Position numbers and translations under genes: made by a program. Source: an uncultured Acidimicrobiaceae bacterium (GTDB lineage Bacteria > Actinomycetota > Acidimicrobiia > Acidimicrobiales > Aldehydirespiratoraceae). From it: 64,000 nucleotides of DNA. Position 1 is the first letter of the stretch; each line of letters opens with the position of its first letter. Location: assembly GCA_913041415.1 (NCBI GenBank), contig CAJWHS010000002.1, forward strand, positions 17,994 to 81,993, read 5' to 3'. Below are positions 18,185 through 26,763 of this stretch, piece after piece. The notes under the pieces were generated by a model, which saw only the letters and a program-made list of their open reading frames with translations, made no database searches and was not told where the DNA came from.

Positions 18185-18637
18185 ATGCGCCTGCAACTCG
18201 CCCTCGACGTCAGCGACATCGACGAAGCCGTCGACTTCTACTCGAAGCTCTTCGGTGTCGAACCCGTCAAGCGCAAGCCGGGTTACGCAAACTTCGCCAT
18301 CGAGAATCCACCGCTCAAACTCGTGCTGTTCGAGAACCCCGACAACGCAGGTGGCCTCAACCACCTCGGTGTCGAGACCGAGACGTCGCAGCAGGTTGAG
18401 GCGGCTGAAGCCCGCATGGATGCATCCGGCCTCGACACCACCGGTGTCAACGACAACGTGTGTTGCTACGCCGGCAAGACCGAGACGTGGGTGGTCGGCC
18501 CCGACGGTGCTCGTTGGGAGTGGTACGTGAAGACCTCCGACGAGGCGGACTTTGGTACCGACGAGATCGCCGAGTTCAGAAGTGGGAAGACCATGGCCGA
18601 TGTCGCCCTCGGTGACGGCGGGGCGTGCTGCGGCTGA
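18185..18637 (+). CDS. ArsI/CadI-family VOC (glyoxalase-fold) metalloenzyme; candidate C-As lyase
   Basis: FYSKLFGVEPVKRKPGYANF..LNHLGVE..VCCYAGKTETWVVGPDGARWEWY. The vicinal Cys-Cys and the overall pattern resemble ArsI. Confidence 0.8.
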   Translation: MRLQLALDVSDIDEAVDFYSKLFGVEPVKRKPGYANFAIENPPLKLVLFENPDNAGGLNHLGVETETSQQVEAAEARMDASGLDTTGVNDNVCCYAGKTETWVVGPDGARWEWYVKTSDEADFGTDEIAEFRSGKTMADVALGDGGACCG

Positions 18638-19058
18638 CCGACACTCGGTCTCAGCGAGGAATGTCCTTCCACGGCTGGTTCTTGTCGTAACCCGGTTCGC
18701 GGGGAAGGCTGAGCGCCCGCTCGCCGACATTGTTGCGGAGTACCTCGCTTGGCCGTCAAAGCAACCCTGGCGCCAACAAGGACACTCGAGATACCCGCTC
18801 TGACCTGGGGTTTGTAAGTGGGGGATTAGTAGAGTTCGTTTGGCCTTTTGTGGTGCGGATGTTGGGGGCGTGGTCAGCCGGTTGATCACACCGGTTTGGC
18901 AAGATGATCACACGCCTGAGTGGTCATCTTGAGAAGGTGGAGCAGGCTCAGTACGAGACGCGCTTGGTGTGGTCGCGGGGGTGCCGGTCCGCTGAGGCAA
19001 GTGGACACCCGGCGCTCATGCGTCGGCCCTGGTGAACGCGACGATCAACTAGCGCGCG

Positions 19059-19439
19059 TTAACGCGCCAACCGTGCTCCGTGCGGACAAACTCGTCGCGA
19101 CTTTCCGACCATTGCGGGTCCACTCATTCCCACCGGTCCCTCATGTTCGGGGTCGCTCTCGCGGCGGTACAGGCTGAGATAGACCACGCTGGTGGCCCGG
19201 TCCTCGTCGATCACCTCGCACACGAACGTCGAGCACACATGGCGCGAGCGGAGATCGCGACGCGCCTGCCGATGGTTCATCACGGCACTGAGTTCGTCGC
19301 GACCCACCAACCGAGTGCCAGGACTCGCCCAGACACCATCGTTGGTGAAGAGCTCAGGCACCCGGCCCGCTTCGCCGCCGTCGACGAGATGGCAATAGCG
19401 CATCACGAGTCGCTCGCACTCGTGCTCGACACCCTGCAC
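19059..19439 (-). CDS. SnoaL-like / NTF2-fold protein; C-terminus probably frameshifted
   Basis: GTG start. ECERLVMRYCHLVDGGEAGRVPELFTNDGVW. A family-typical ending, DEFVRTEHGWRVNAR*, is readable in the +1 frame with a stop at 19049-19051. Confidence 0.6.
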   Translation of the reverse strand: MQGVEHECERLVMRYCHLVDGGEAGRVPELFTNDGVWASPGTRLVGRDELSAVMNHRQARRDLRSRHVCSTFVCEVIDEDRATSVVYLSLYRRESDPEHEGPVGMSGPAMVGKSRRVCPHGARLAR

Positions 19440-19447
19440 GAACGCTG

Positions 19448-19551
19448 AACCGGCGAACCGTCAAGTCGGGGTACTCGTACGCCCTTGGCTTCTGTCGGGC
19501 TCAGCCGCCGATCGGGTACTACTGGGCGGAATCCAGTGCCCTTATGAACTG
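19448..19551 (+). repeat. Direct repeat copy B (~104 bp)
   Basis: aaccggcgaaccgtcaagtcggggtactcgtacgcccttggcttctgtcgggctcagccgccgatcgggtactactgggcggaatccagtgcccttatgaact. Confidence 0.85.
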
Positions 19552-19649
19552 GACTCGTGCACGGTGAACTGCGAGCGAGGACTGAACTTCGGCACCGTCG
19601 ACCTTCGAGACGCTGGCCCGGTCTGGACGGTTGCCACCCTGTCGCTGGG

Positions 19650-20231
19650 TCAGAGCGTCAGGTACGCAATAATTCGGGCGCGCATCTCGTCGAGCGATGG
19701 TGCGGCTGCGCCCTCCACTTTGGCCTGCTCGTCCCACCGACGCAGCGAAACAGCGGCGTCGAGGTGAGGCAACGCCTCAAAGGCGATGACCTCGTCGTCG
19801 GACATCGGTCCACCCTGGAGGGTTAGCGTGTGGACCGACGCCGACGACAGTTCGTCGTGGTACGACGGCTCCACTGCGCACAGATAGCGCTTTGCGGACA
19901 CGTGAAGCTGCACCGGCATGGTGACGGCCTCGTCGAACCAATTTGCGAGGAATCGGGCGCCGACATTCTCATGATGGAAGTCGGCACGAACCTCCCCATC
20001 GTCGTCTCGTTCGTTTACCAAGAGATGGCCGATGTCGTGGAGGAAGGCAGCGAGCACGGTGGCCTCCCCGGCACCTTCCTCAATCGCGCATCCAGCGCAT
20101 TGTGTTGCATGCTCAATCTGCGTGACGACCTCGCTGTACTTCTCGTCACCGCGCTGTTCGAACAGCCCGATCAACGCATCGGTAATCTCTGCGGGCTGCG
20201 CAAGTTCTCGCCATACCGGCATCGTGGCCAT
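19650..20231 (-). CDS. phnZ: HD-domain diiron oxygenase, PhnZ-like (2-amino-1-hydroxyethylphosphonate C-P cleavage)
   Basis: Start MATMPVW at 20231 shares 1 nt with the phnE stop (TGATG). VTQIEHATQCA..FLHDIGH..HVSAKRYL..LQGGPM pattern. Confidence 0.75.
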   Translation of the reverse strand: MATMPVWRELAQPAEITDALIGLFEQRGDEKYSEVVTQIEHATQCAGCAIEEGAGEATVLAAFLHDIGHLLVNERDDDGEVRADFHHENVGARFLANWFDEAVTMPVQLHVSAKRYLCAVEPSYHDELSSASVHTLTLQGGPMSDDEVIAFEALPHLDAAVSLRRWDEQAKVEGAAAPSLDEMRARIIAYLTL

Positions 20232-21931
20232 CAGATCACCTGCTTTCGGACCCAAGCCGAGAGGATTTCGATAGCGTAAACCAACACAAAGATACAAATC
20301 AGCAGGCCACCAACGAGTTCGAATTGGAAGAGACGGGTTCCCTGCACAAGCGGGAAGCCAATGCCACCCGCTCCGACGATCCCGAGAACCGTCGACGCTC
20401 GAAGTGACACATCCAGAACGTACAACGAGTGGCCAATGATCGCCGGCATCGCCTGGGGAAGTACCGACGTGAATGTCTCCTGCAGACCCGAGGCACCGGT
20501 CGCGCGGACGCCATCACGAGGCCCCTCCTTGATTTCCTCAATCGAGTCAGCGAACAACTTCGTGGAGAAGCCGTAGAGCCCGATGGCCAGAGCCAAAACA
20601 CCCGGCTGCGGACCGAGGCCCAGGGCAGCGACGAAGATCACCGCAACAATCAGGTCGGGCAGCGCACGGACGCCAAGTATGAACGAGCGGGCTGCGTTGT
20701 AGACCCAGCGGGCCGGCGCGACATTGCGAGCCGCCAGCATTGCAGTCGGGATGGCGAAGACCAGCGAGAGACCAGTCGCCGCAAAACCCATCTGGATGGT
20801 TTCAACGAGGAGCTCTCCCCAGCGGTCCTCCCACCAATCCATGTTCCTCGGGATCAGGTTGTTGAAGATCTCGGGGATCTGCGGAAACCCCTGGATCATC
20901 TCGATGAATGACAGATCGGGGACAGTGAAAGCCAGGATCAACATGGCCAGGCAGGAACTCCCAAAGATCCACATGACGATGCGGTCGCGGTTCCAGGGCG
21001 GGCGGAGCGCCTCTCGGTCGAACGGGAGCTCAGCACTCGCCCCATCAGCGGGACGGAAGTCCTCCGCCTCGACCGTGTGGCCGAGACCGAGGGTGGCGAG
21101 CACGCTCTTCTTCTTGGGTCCATCGTCGTGGCCGAGGATGACCGCCCGGACCCTGCTCGAGATGATCTCGACAATGGCGATCAAGACGATGATCACGAGG
21201 GTGACACCGAGCAACTGCTGATAGTCGAGGCTGCCCTGGTGGGCTCGGATCTGCAGGCCGATCCCGCCAGCCCCCACGAGGCCCAGCAGCGTCGAAGCAC
21301 GGAAGTTGATATCGAGCCGGTAAAGCGAGATGGCGATGAAGGAAGGGATGACCTGAGGGAGGATGCCCGTGGTGATCTCCTGGAGTCGACCGGCACCACT
21401 GGCGACCACGCCTTCGCGCGGCCCGGTATCAATCTGCTCGATCGAGTCGGAGAACAACTTGCCGAGCATGCCGATCGAGTGGAGCCCGAGAGCGAGCACG
21501 CCTGGGAGCACACCGATCGAGTACACCCGAACGAAAATCAGGGCAAGGATCAGCTCCGGCAGGGCACGGGTCACCACGATGAACGCACGGGCCGCGCCAC
21601 GGACGAAGCGGTTCTTGACGACGTTGTTCGCCGAGAGAAAAGCGATCGGGACCGCAAGGAAGACGCCGAGTGCGGTGCCGGCGAACGCCATCAGAAAGGT
21701 GTCGAGCGCCGCCTCCCACACGAGCCGCGGCTCGTCGATGCGAGGCGCCCACATCCGGTCGAGCAGGTTGAAGAGGTCCTGCCGCTCGGTCCAGAAAGTC
21801 AGCGGATTCACCCCGATGTCCCACATGCTGTAGAGACATCCGACGAAGAAGGCGACAAAGGTCGCAGTGAGGAGACTGCGTCGCCGCGAAACCGGCGGCC
21901 TGACTTGTTGCTTGGAGTCGGAAGTGACCAT
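20231..21931 (-). CDS. phnE: Phosphonate ABC transporter permease; two fused PhnE modules
   Basis: 566 aa. The EAxxxxGA-type permease module occurs twice (REGVVASGAGRLQE and RDGVRATGASGLQE). Confidence 0.85.
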   Translation of the reverse strand: MVTSDSKQQVRPPVSRRRSLLTATFVAFFVGCLYSMWDIGVNPLTFWTERQDLFNLLDRMWAPRIDEPRLVWEAALDTFLMAFAGTALGVFLAVPIAFLSANNVVKNRFVRGAARAFIVVTRALPELILALIFVRVYSIGVLPGVLALGLHSIGMLGKLFSDSIEQIDTGPREGVVASGAGRLQEITTGILPQVIPSFIAISLYRLDINFRASTLLGLVGAGGIGLQIRAHQGSLDYQQLLGVTLVIIVLIAIVEIISSRVRAVILGHDDGPKKKSVLATLGLGHTVEAEDFRPADGASAELPFDREALRPPWNRDRIVMWIFGSSCLAMLILAFTVPDLSFIEMIQGFPQIPEIFNNLIPRNMDWWEDRWGELLVETIQMGFAATGLSLVFAIPTAMLAARNVAPARWVYNAARSFILGVRALPDLIVAVIFVAALGLGPQPGVLALAIGLYGFSTKLFADSIEEIKEGPRDGVRATGASGLQETFTSVLPQAMPAIIGHSLYVLDVSLRASTVLGIVGAGGIGFPLVQGTRLFQFELVGGLLICIFVLVYAIEILSAWVRKQVI

Positions 21932-21978
21932 CTCGGAGACGACCTTGGCCTAGGTGGTGGAATCGGAATCGAGGAGCG

Positions 21979-22833
21979 TCATGAGAGGTCAGTCACCGAC
22001 GTGCCGTACTCCGAGATCTTGCGACCCTCGGGATCAAGCCGTCGGTAGACATCCATCACTCGCTCTTGCGTGAGGTCATCATCGACCGGGCTGTCGAGCA
22101 CGATCTTGCCGTCTTGGAGCCCGATGAGCCGGCTGGCCCACCCCATGGCGAGGTCGACCTGATGCAGGCTGCAGACAACGGTGATCTGGTCTTCGATACA
22201 GGCACGGAACAACAAGTCCATGACCTGACCAGAGATCTCCGGATCAAGCGAGGCAACCGGCTCGTCGGCAAGGACGATCTTGGGCTTCTGCATCAACATG
22301 CGGGCGATCGCAACGCGCTGTTGCTGGCCGCCCGACAGGGTGTCGGTGCGCTGAAAGGCACGATCGCCAAGCCCCACCCGTTCCAGCTGGGCGAGGGCCT
22401 CCTCGCGGAAGCGTTTCGGGTACGAGAGGACGCCGAAGCGAGGTCCTCGCAGCCGACCAAGTGCGCCGGAGAGCACGTTCTCCAGGCACGACACGCGACC
22501 GACGATGTTGAACTGCTGAAAGACGAAACCGACCTCGGTGCGCAGCGCCCGAAGCTTTGCGCCCTTGAGTTGATCGACGCGTCCGCCGAGCACGGTGACC
22601 GACCCCGCCGTCGGCTCGTGAAGCCCGTTCAGGTGCCTGAGCAGAGTCGACTTGCCAGATCCCGACAGGCCAATGATGACGCAAAGTTGGCCCTCGGGCA
22701 CCGAGAACGTGACGTCGTCGAGGGCGCGGACCCGCCCGTTGTCGAAGGTCTTGACGAGGCCCTCGACTTCCACCACCGGGGGAAGATCTGCATGGTTCGG
22801 AGTGGGGCGGATTGCGCCCTCGACGTCAGTCAT
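21979..22833 (-). CDS. phnC: Phosphonate ABC transporter ATP-binding protein
   Basis: GLSGSGKSTLLRHLNGL, FQQFNIVGRVSCLENVL, LSGGQQQRVAIARML. Confidence 0.85.
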   Translation of the reverse strand: MTDVEGAIRPTPNHADLPPVVEVEGLVKTFDNGRVRALDDVTFSVPEGQLCVIIGLSGSGKSTLLRHLNGLHEPTAGSVTVLGGRVDQLKGAKLRALRTEVGFVFQQFNIVGRVSCLENVLSGALGRLRGPRFGVLSYPKRFREEALAQLERVGLGDRAFQRTDTLSGGQQQRVAIARMLMQKPKIVLADEPVASLDPEISGQVMDLLFRACIEDQITVVCSLHQVDLAMGWASRLIGLQDGKIVLDSPVDDDLTQERVMDVYRRLDPEGRKISEYGTSVTDLS

Positions 22834-22847
22834 GGTTTCTCAATTCC

Positions 22848-23810
22848 TCAATCTGCCTGGCACTTCGCCGAGCCGGTGAGCTCGCAGAGCTCACGGATCG
22901 GGTCGAAGTAAGCGTCGTCACCAGCGAGGTAGCCCCAGAACGGGCCGTCCGAGAGCGGGCAGTCGTCGACGCTGTCGCAGTAGCCGTTCTCGACCGCCCA
23001 GTCGACGTTCACCTTCGTGGTCACGATCTCGATGATCTCTTCCTTCATGTCTTCCGGAAGCCAGTTGCCCACAGCAAGCGGCGGAGCTGCGATCGGAGCC
23101 GACTTGTCGATGATGCGGATCTCGGCGACGTCGCCGTTTACCGTCTCGTCCTCAACCTCGTCGATAACGCCGGCGATATCACCTGACTCGATGAGCTGCT
23201 CCGTGACCATGGTGTCGTAGGCGAAACCGGCGTCACAATCGCCGTTGGCGACGGCGAGAGCCGAAGCATCGTGACCACCAGCGAAGGTGGCTTCGATGTC
23301 GGTCGAGGTCTCCGAAGGATCAATGCCAGCAGCAAGGAGCAGGGCGCTGGGGAAAAGGAAGCCGGAGGTAGATCCTGGGTCCACGAAGCAGACCTTCTTC
23401 CCGCGAAGGTCGTCGACCGTGTTGACGTCGCTTCCCACCTGGGTGATGAGATAGGAGCGGTAGTCGCCGTAACCGTCAGGCGTATCGGAGGCCCAGAGTC
23501 CAGCGACGTCAAGATCGGCACCGGCGCCGGTGGCGATCACGTAGGAGAAGCCGCCGAACGAGGCAATGTCGACCTCTTCGGCAATGGTGCCTTCGATCAC
23601 GCCGGCGTAGTCAGCAGCCTGAATGAACTCGATCTCAACACCGAGTTCGTCAGCGATGATCTGCGGAGTGACATAGTCCGAGATCTCCTGAGCGTTCTCG
23701 GCTGGAACAGCGCCGAAGGTCAGGGTGACGGTTTCGTCATCGTCGCCACACCCAGCAGCGAACATCGTCAGGGCGGTCAGCGTGGCGAGTAGCCAGCGGA
23801 GCTTCTTCAT
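22848..23810 (-). CDS. phnD: Phosphonate ABC transporter substrate-binding lipoprotein
   Basis: Start at ATG 23810 after GGAGGG. MKKLRWLLATLTALTMFAAGC lipobox. PhnD-like body. Confidence 0.8.
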   Translation of the reverse strand: MKKLRWLLATLTALTMFAAGCGDDDETVTLTFGAVPAENAQEISDYVTPQIIADELGVEIEFIQAADYAGVIEGTIAEEVDIASFGGFSYVIATGAGADLDVAGLWASDTPDGYGDYRSYLITQVGSDVNTVDDLRGKKVCFVDPGSTSGFLFPSALLLAAGIDPSETSTDIEATFAGGHDASALAVANGDCDAGFAYDTMVTEQLIESGDIAGVIDEVEDETVNGDVAEIRIIDKSAPIAAPPLAVGNWLPEDMKEEIIEIVTTKVNVDWAVENGYCDSVDDCPLSDGPFWGYLAGDDAYFDPIRELCELTGSAKCQAD

Positions 23811-24023
23811 TTGGGTTCCCTCCGAGGGAAAGTTCAGGGCTGCTCGCGCATGACGAACGACCCATAGTTGGATGAATTCGAGCATTGCTACAGAACGAGA
23901 GCAACGTTTCGGTTAACGCAGATGAGATGTTTGATGGCCTGGTTCGAACGCCTTGGAGCAGCGTGCTGGGTCGGTCGCTAGAGAGCGATCGAACGATCGC
24001 ACGGCGTTCATCTGGGAGTAACC

Positions 24024-24842
24024 ATGCATTCGGATCCAGTCGGCCAGAATGGTGGCGTGGAGCTCACAGCGAAGCAGAGAGCGGACTGGGATCGTTCCGG
24101 ATGGCTCGTGGCCAGAGACGCGTTCACTGAGGCGGAGTTCACCGCAATCGACGTCGCCTCCCGCGAGGTGGAGTCGTGGGGTGACGAACGCGGGCTTGCC
24201 CATTTCGAACAGACTCGCCTCGGCGCTGTGATCGCACGCTCGGAGGACTTCGAGCCACACCACGGGTTCCTGCGCTCGCTTCTGCGCTCGAGCATCATCA
24301 CCGACACCGTCGATGCACTCTTCGGCGAGCCGGGTGTGCTGTTCAAAGAAAAGATCAATTACAAGCACGCAGGCGGTGGAGGCTTCGCACCCCACCAAGA
24401 TGTGACGGCCTATCCGCAAATCTCGACGTGCATCTCGGTCATGATCCCTCTCGACCCAGCTGACACGACCAACGGCTGCTTGTGGTTCACCACGAGGACC
24501 CCAGGGACGACGATCCAAAACGTGCGCGGCGCAATCCCCGAGTCGTGGTGCAGCGAACAAGAGTGGGTGCCAGTCGAGGTAAGTCCCGGCGACATCGTCT
24601 TCTTTGACGGGCTTGCACCGCATCGAAGCGACACGAACAGAAGTCAGCGATCGCGGAGGGCAATGTACGTGACCTACAACCCGCGTTCCGGCGGCGACTT
24701 TCGGAACGCCTACTACGAGGACAAACGACGCCGGCTTGCCGAGGCGAGTGTCGGCGAGAGCGGCAACGTACTCATTTCGGTGAACGACGACTTCCTCGGC
24801 CAACCGGTCGATGCGTCGGCGTCAGGCGACATCACCGCCTGA
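24024..24842 (+). CDS. phnY: PhyH-family Fe(II)/2-oxoglutarate dioxygenase, PhnY-like (2-aminoethylphosphonate hydroxylase)
   Basis: 272 aa. FAPHQDVTAY (HxD) and LAPHRSDTN motifs. Divergent from phnDCE-phnZ. Confidence 0.7.
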   Translation: MHSDPVGQNGGVELTAKQRADWDRSGWLVARDAFTEAEFTAIDVASREVESWGDERGLAHFEQTRLGAVIARSEDFEPHHGFLRSLLRSSIITDTVDALFGEPGVLFKEKINYKHAGGGGFAPHQDVTAYPQISTCISVMIPLDPADTTNGCLWFTTRTPGTTIQNVRGAIPESWCSEQEWVPVEVSPGDIVFFDGLAPHRSDTNRSQRSRRAMYVTYNPRSGGDFRNAYYEDKRRRLAEASVGESGNVLISVNDDFLGQPVDASASGDITA

Positions 24843-25341
24843 TCCAGTTTCCGTCAGGGAGCCGCTCCCAAAACCCGACACACCACGTCGCGGGAAGGGA
24901 CGGGTCGATGATTTCGTGCGCAAGGGCCTCATACGGCTGGAGGTCAGCAACGCCGTAGGCGAGGCTCACGTGGAGCCAGTCCTTTGGGCGGAGCGCGTCC
25001 TCGCCGTGCTCCGGTCGATCGGTGGTCGTGACCGTCTCGATGATCTCGAGCAGCTGCCTCGAACGAAGTTCGAGGCCAACCCAACCATCGCGTGCGCCCA
25101 AACGCTCGACAGCGACATCGTCGGGCTCACCGAATGCGTCAACGGCCGAACCGAGCGCTGCCAAGACCTCACCGACCCGATGGTCAGCGCGTCGAAAGAA
25201 CCCAGTGAGGGTGCAGTGCACTGGGTAGGACTGGGCGATGGTCGGGCCAAGCCGAGCGGTGGCTTCGTCGAAGTAGCGCTGGGCTGCGTCGGCAAGTGGC
25301 CCCATCGGCCAAGCGTAAAGAATCAATTCCCGTTCGCTCAC
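24832..25341 (-). CDS. 2H phosphoesterase superfamily protein (LigT / cyclic phosphodiesterase fold)
   Basis: GTG start 25341 overlaps the upstream stop as GTGA. Two H-x-[TS]-x motifs: VHCTLTGFF and LHVSLAYG. The track ORF carries an Arg-rich false extension to 25509. Confidence 0.65.
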   Translation of the reverse strand: MSERELILYAWPMGPLADAAQRYFDEATARLGPTIAQSYPVHCTLTGFFRRADHRVGEVLAALGSAVDAFGEPDDVAVERLGARDGWVGLELRSRQLLEIIETVTTTDRPEHGEDALRPKDWLHVSLAYGVADLQPYEALAHEIIDPSLPATWCVGFWERLPDGNWIRR

Positions 25342-26453
25342 GGGCCAACGAATGCCGTCTCGCCGCCGACGACAGCACGTCGCACGCGGGGTGGTTGCCG
25401 GTCTGCAGGCGGCTCGACCACAACGATGTCGGCAAGCTGCCCGGAGCCCAGACGGCCGCGATCGGTCAAGCCGGCGACGTCTGCGGGGACGGTCGAGACG
25501 GCCCGCCACGCCGCTCCCATCGATGCGATGCCGTGCTCGACGAGGCAGAACGGGGCAGCCAGCAGCGACGGATAGTGGTAGTCGGAGCAGAGCAGGTCCC
25601 CGGCGCCAGACGCCCAGGCCTCACGTACCGACAGGTTGCCAAGATGCGATGTTCCGCGAACGAGGTTTGGGGCACCGAGCAACACGGCGATGTCGTGCTC
25701 TCGATATCGCTTCGCAAGTTCGATGGATGTCGGGAACTCGGCGATCGCAACTCCAAGGTCAAGATCGCGCTGGAGGTCTTCGATCGTGTCAGCGTCGTGG
25801 CTTGCTGTTACGCATGACGCGATGCTCGCCACCTCGGCAAGGCGTAGCTCCTGACCGACGCCCTGCTCCCGCTGGCTGAGCGCATCGGTGTGGAGTTGTT
25901 CGAACCGCTCTGCCGATACACCGGTCCGGCCGATCTGGGTCGCCGAGATCGCATCATCGGTGTGGTCGTTGAAGGACAGCATCGTCACGACACCTTCAGC
26001 GATCCACGCCTCGAGCTGCTCAAGATCGTCGGTATTGGCCCGCTCGTGGCGGACGTGAATCTCGAGTCGTGGTGCGGAGGTGGCTCGCTGCGCGCACGCG
26101 TCGACAAGCGCAGCCAAGCTGGCGCGGCTGCGTAAACCTGGCTCCCAACTGTCGGTAGCCGACAGGTAGGCCGTCGTGATACCTGCCCCAAGCAACTGCA
26201 CGTCGTTCGCCATCAACGCAAGGCCGTAGTCAATCGCAACGCCGTCGCGCGGCATGAGGGCACGCTCGAAGGCGTCGCCGTGGATATCAATGATTCCGGG
26301 AAGCACAAGTGCGCTTCCCACATCCTCCGCCGGTACCGCCTCGATGTCGCCGTCCGTGAGCACGCGCGTGATCACATCCCCGTCCCACTCCACGACCCCG
26401 CGAACGACGTCGTCCGCTCCGTCGATCAACAGGTGTCCTCGCAACGCTGGCAT
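25338..26453 (-). CDS. Second, divergent PhnM-like amidohydrolase
   Basis: LPGIIDIHGDAFE..LLGAPNLVRGTSHLGN..LCSDYHYPSLL. Parallels PhnM at 32300..33475 (LPGLVDSHSDGLE..VMGAPNALRGHSHSGN..LASDYMPSAML). Confidence 0.75.
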   Translation of the reverse strand: MPALRGHLLIDGADDVVRGVVEWDGDVITRVLTDGDIEAVPAEDVGSALVLPGIIDIHGDAFERALMPRDGVAIDYGLALMANDVQLLGAGITTAYLSATDSWEPGLRSRASLAALVDACAQRATSAPRLEIHVRHERANTDDLEQLEAWIAEGVVTMLSFNDHTDDAISATQIGRTGVSAERFEQLHTDALSQREQGVGQELRLAEVASIASCVTASHDADTIEDLQRDLDLGVAIAEFPTSIELAKRYREHDIAVLLGAPNLVRGTSHLGNLSVREAWASGAGDLLCSDYHYPSLLAAPFCLVEHGIASMGAAWRAVSTVPADVAGLTDRGRLGSGQLADIVVVEPPADRQPPRVRRAVVGGETAFVGP

Positions 26454-26516
26454 GAAGCGGATCGTACGGCGCCGAGGTGAACCCGCTCCTAAGTTTGGGT
26501 GAAGCTACGAAGAAGC

Positions 26517-26532
26517 AGTTGTCATGACAACT
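26517..26532. promoter_or_regulatory. 16-bp perfect palindrome AGTTGTCATGACAACT; candidate GntR/PhnF operator
   Basis: Lies in the divergent intergenic region between the phnM2-2H operon and phnF. The core TTGTCATGACAA fits the GntR-family GT-n-AC type. It is embedded in the 8-bp arms GAAGCAGT / ACTGCTTC. Confidence 0.45.
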
Positions 26533-26553
26533 TGACTGCTTCATGATGATTGC

Positions 26554-26763
26554 ATGCGCAGCGATGCCGAGCTCCTCGAGGACTGGGAGCACAATGGCTT
26601 TGTCCGGCTCACCAGCAAGCTCGACGCCTCGGCCCTGCCCGATCTTCGCGAAGTTGTCGGCGACATTGCCTCTGGCAACTACCGCCATCGTGGCAACAGC
26701 CCGGTGCTCGTACATCACGAGCAGACACCGGACTACCTCAAACGATCGGCCGATACACCGTGA
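26554..26763 (+). pseudogene. Truncated PhyH/PhnY-like N-terminal remnant (69 codons)
   Basis: SDAELLEDWEHNGFVRL..VLVHHEQTPDYLKRSAD parallels PhnY AKQRADWDRSGWLVAR..LAHFEQTRLGAVIARSED. It stops 5 nt before the phnF ATG. Confidence 0.4.

Noticed and set aside
17828-18889. 353-aa minus-strand ORF spanning the DUF1330 end, repeat A and the ArsI gene
   Set aside because: Antisense to ArsI. It crosses obviously non-coding AT-rich DNA and the repeat, and has no recognisable domain.
17957-19551. Considered whether the two ~104-bp repeats are a CRISPR array or tRNA-derived att sites
   Set aside because: There are only two copies, they are far longer than CRISPR repeats, and they are 1.4 kb apart. 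No cloverleaf or T-loop motif lies inside them and no cas or integrase genes are nearby. They are kept as an unexplained direct repeat instead.
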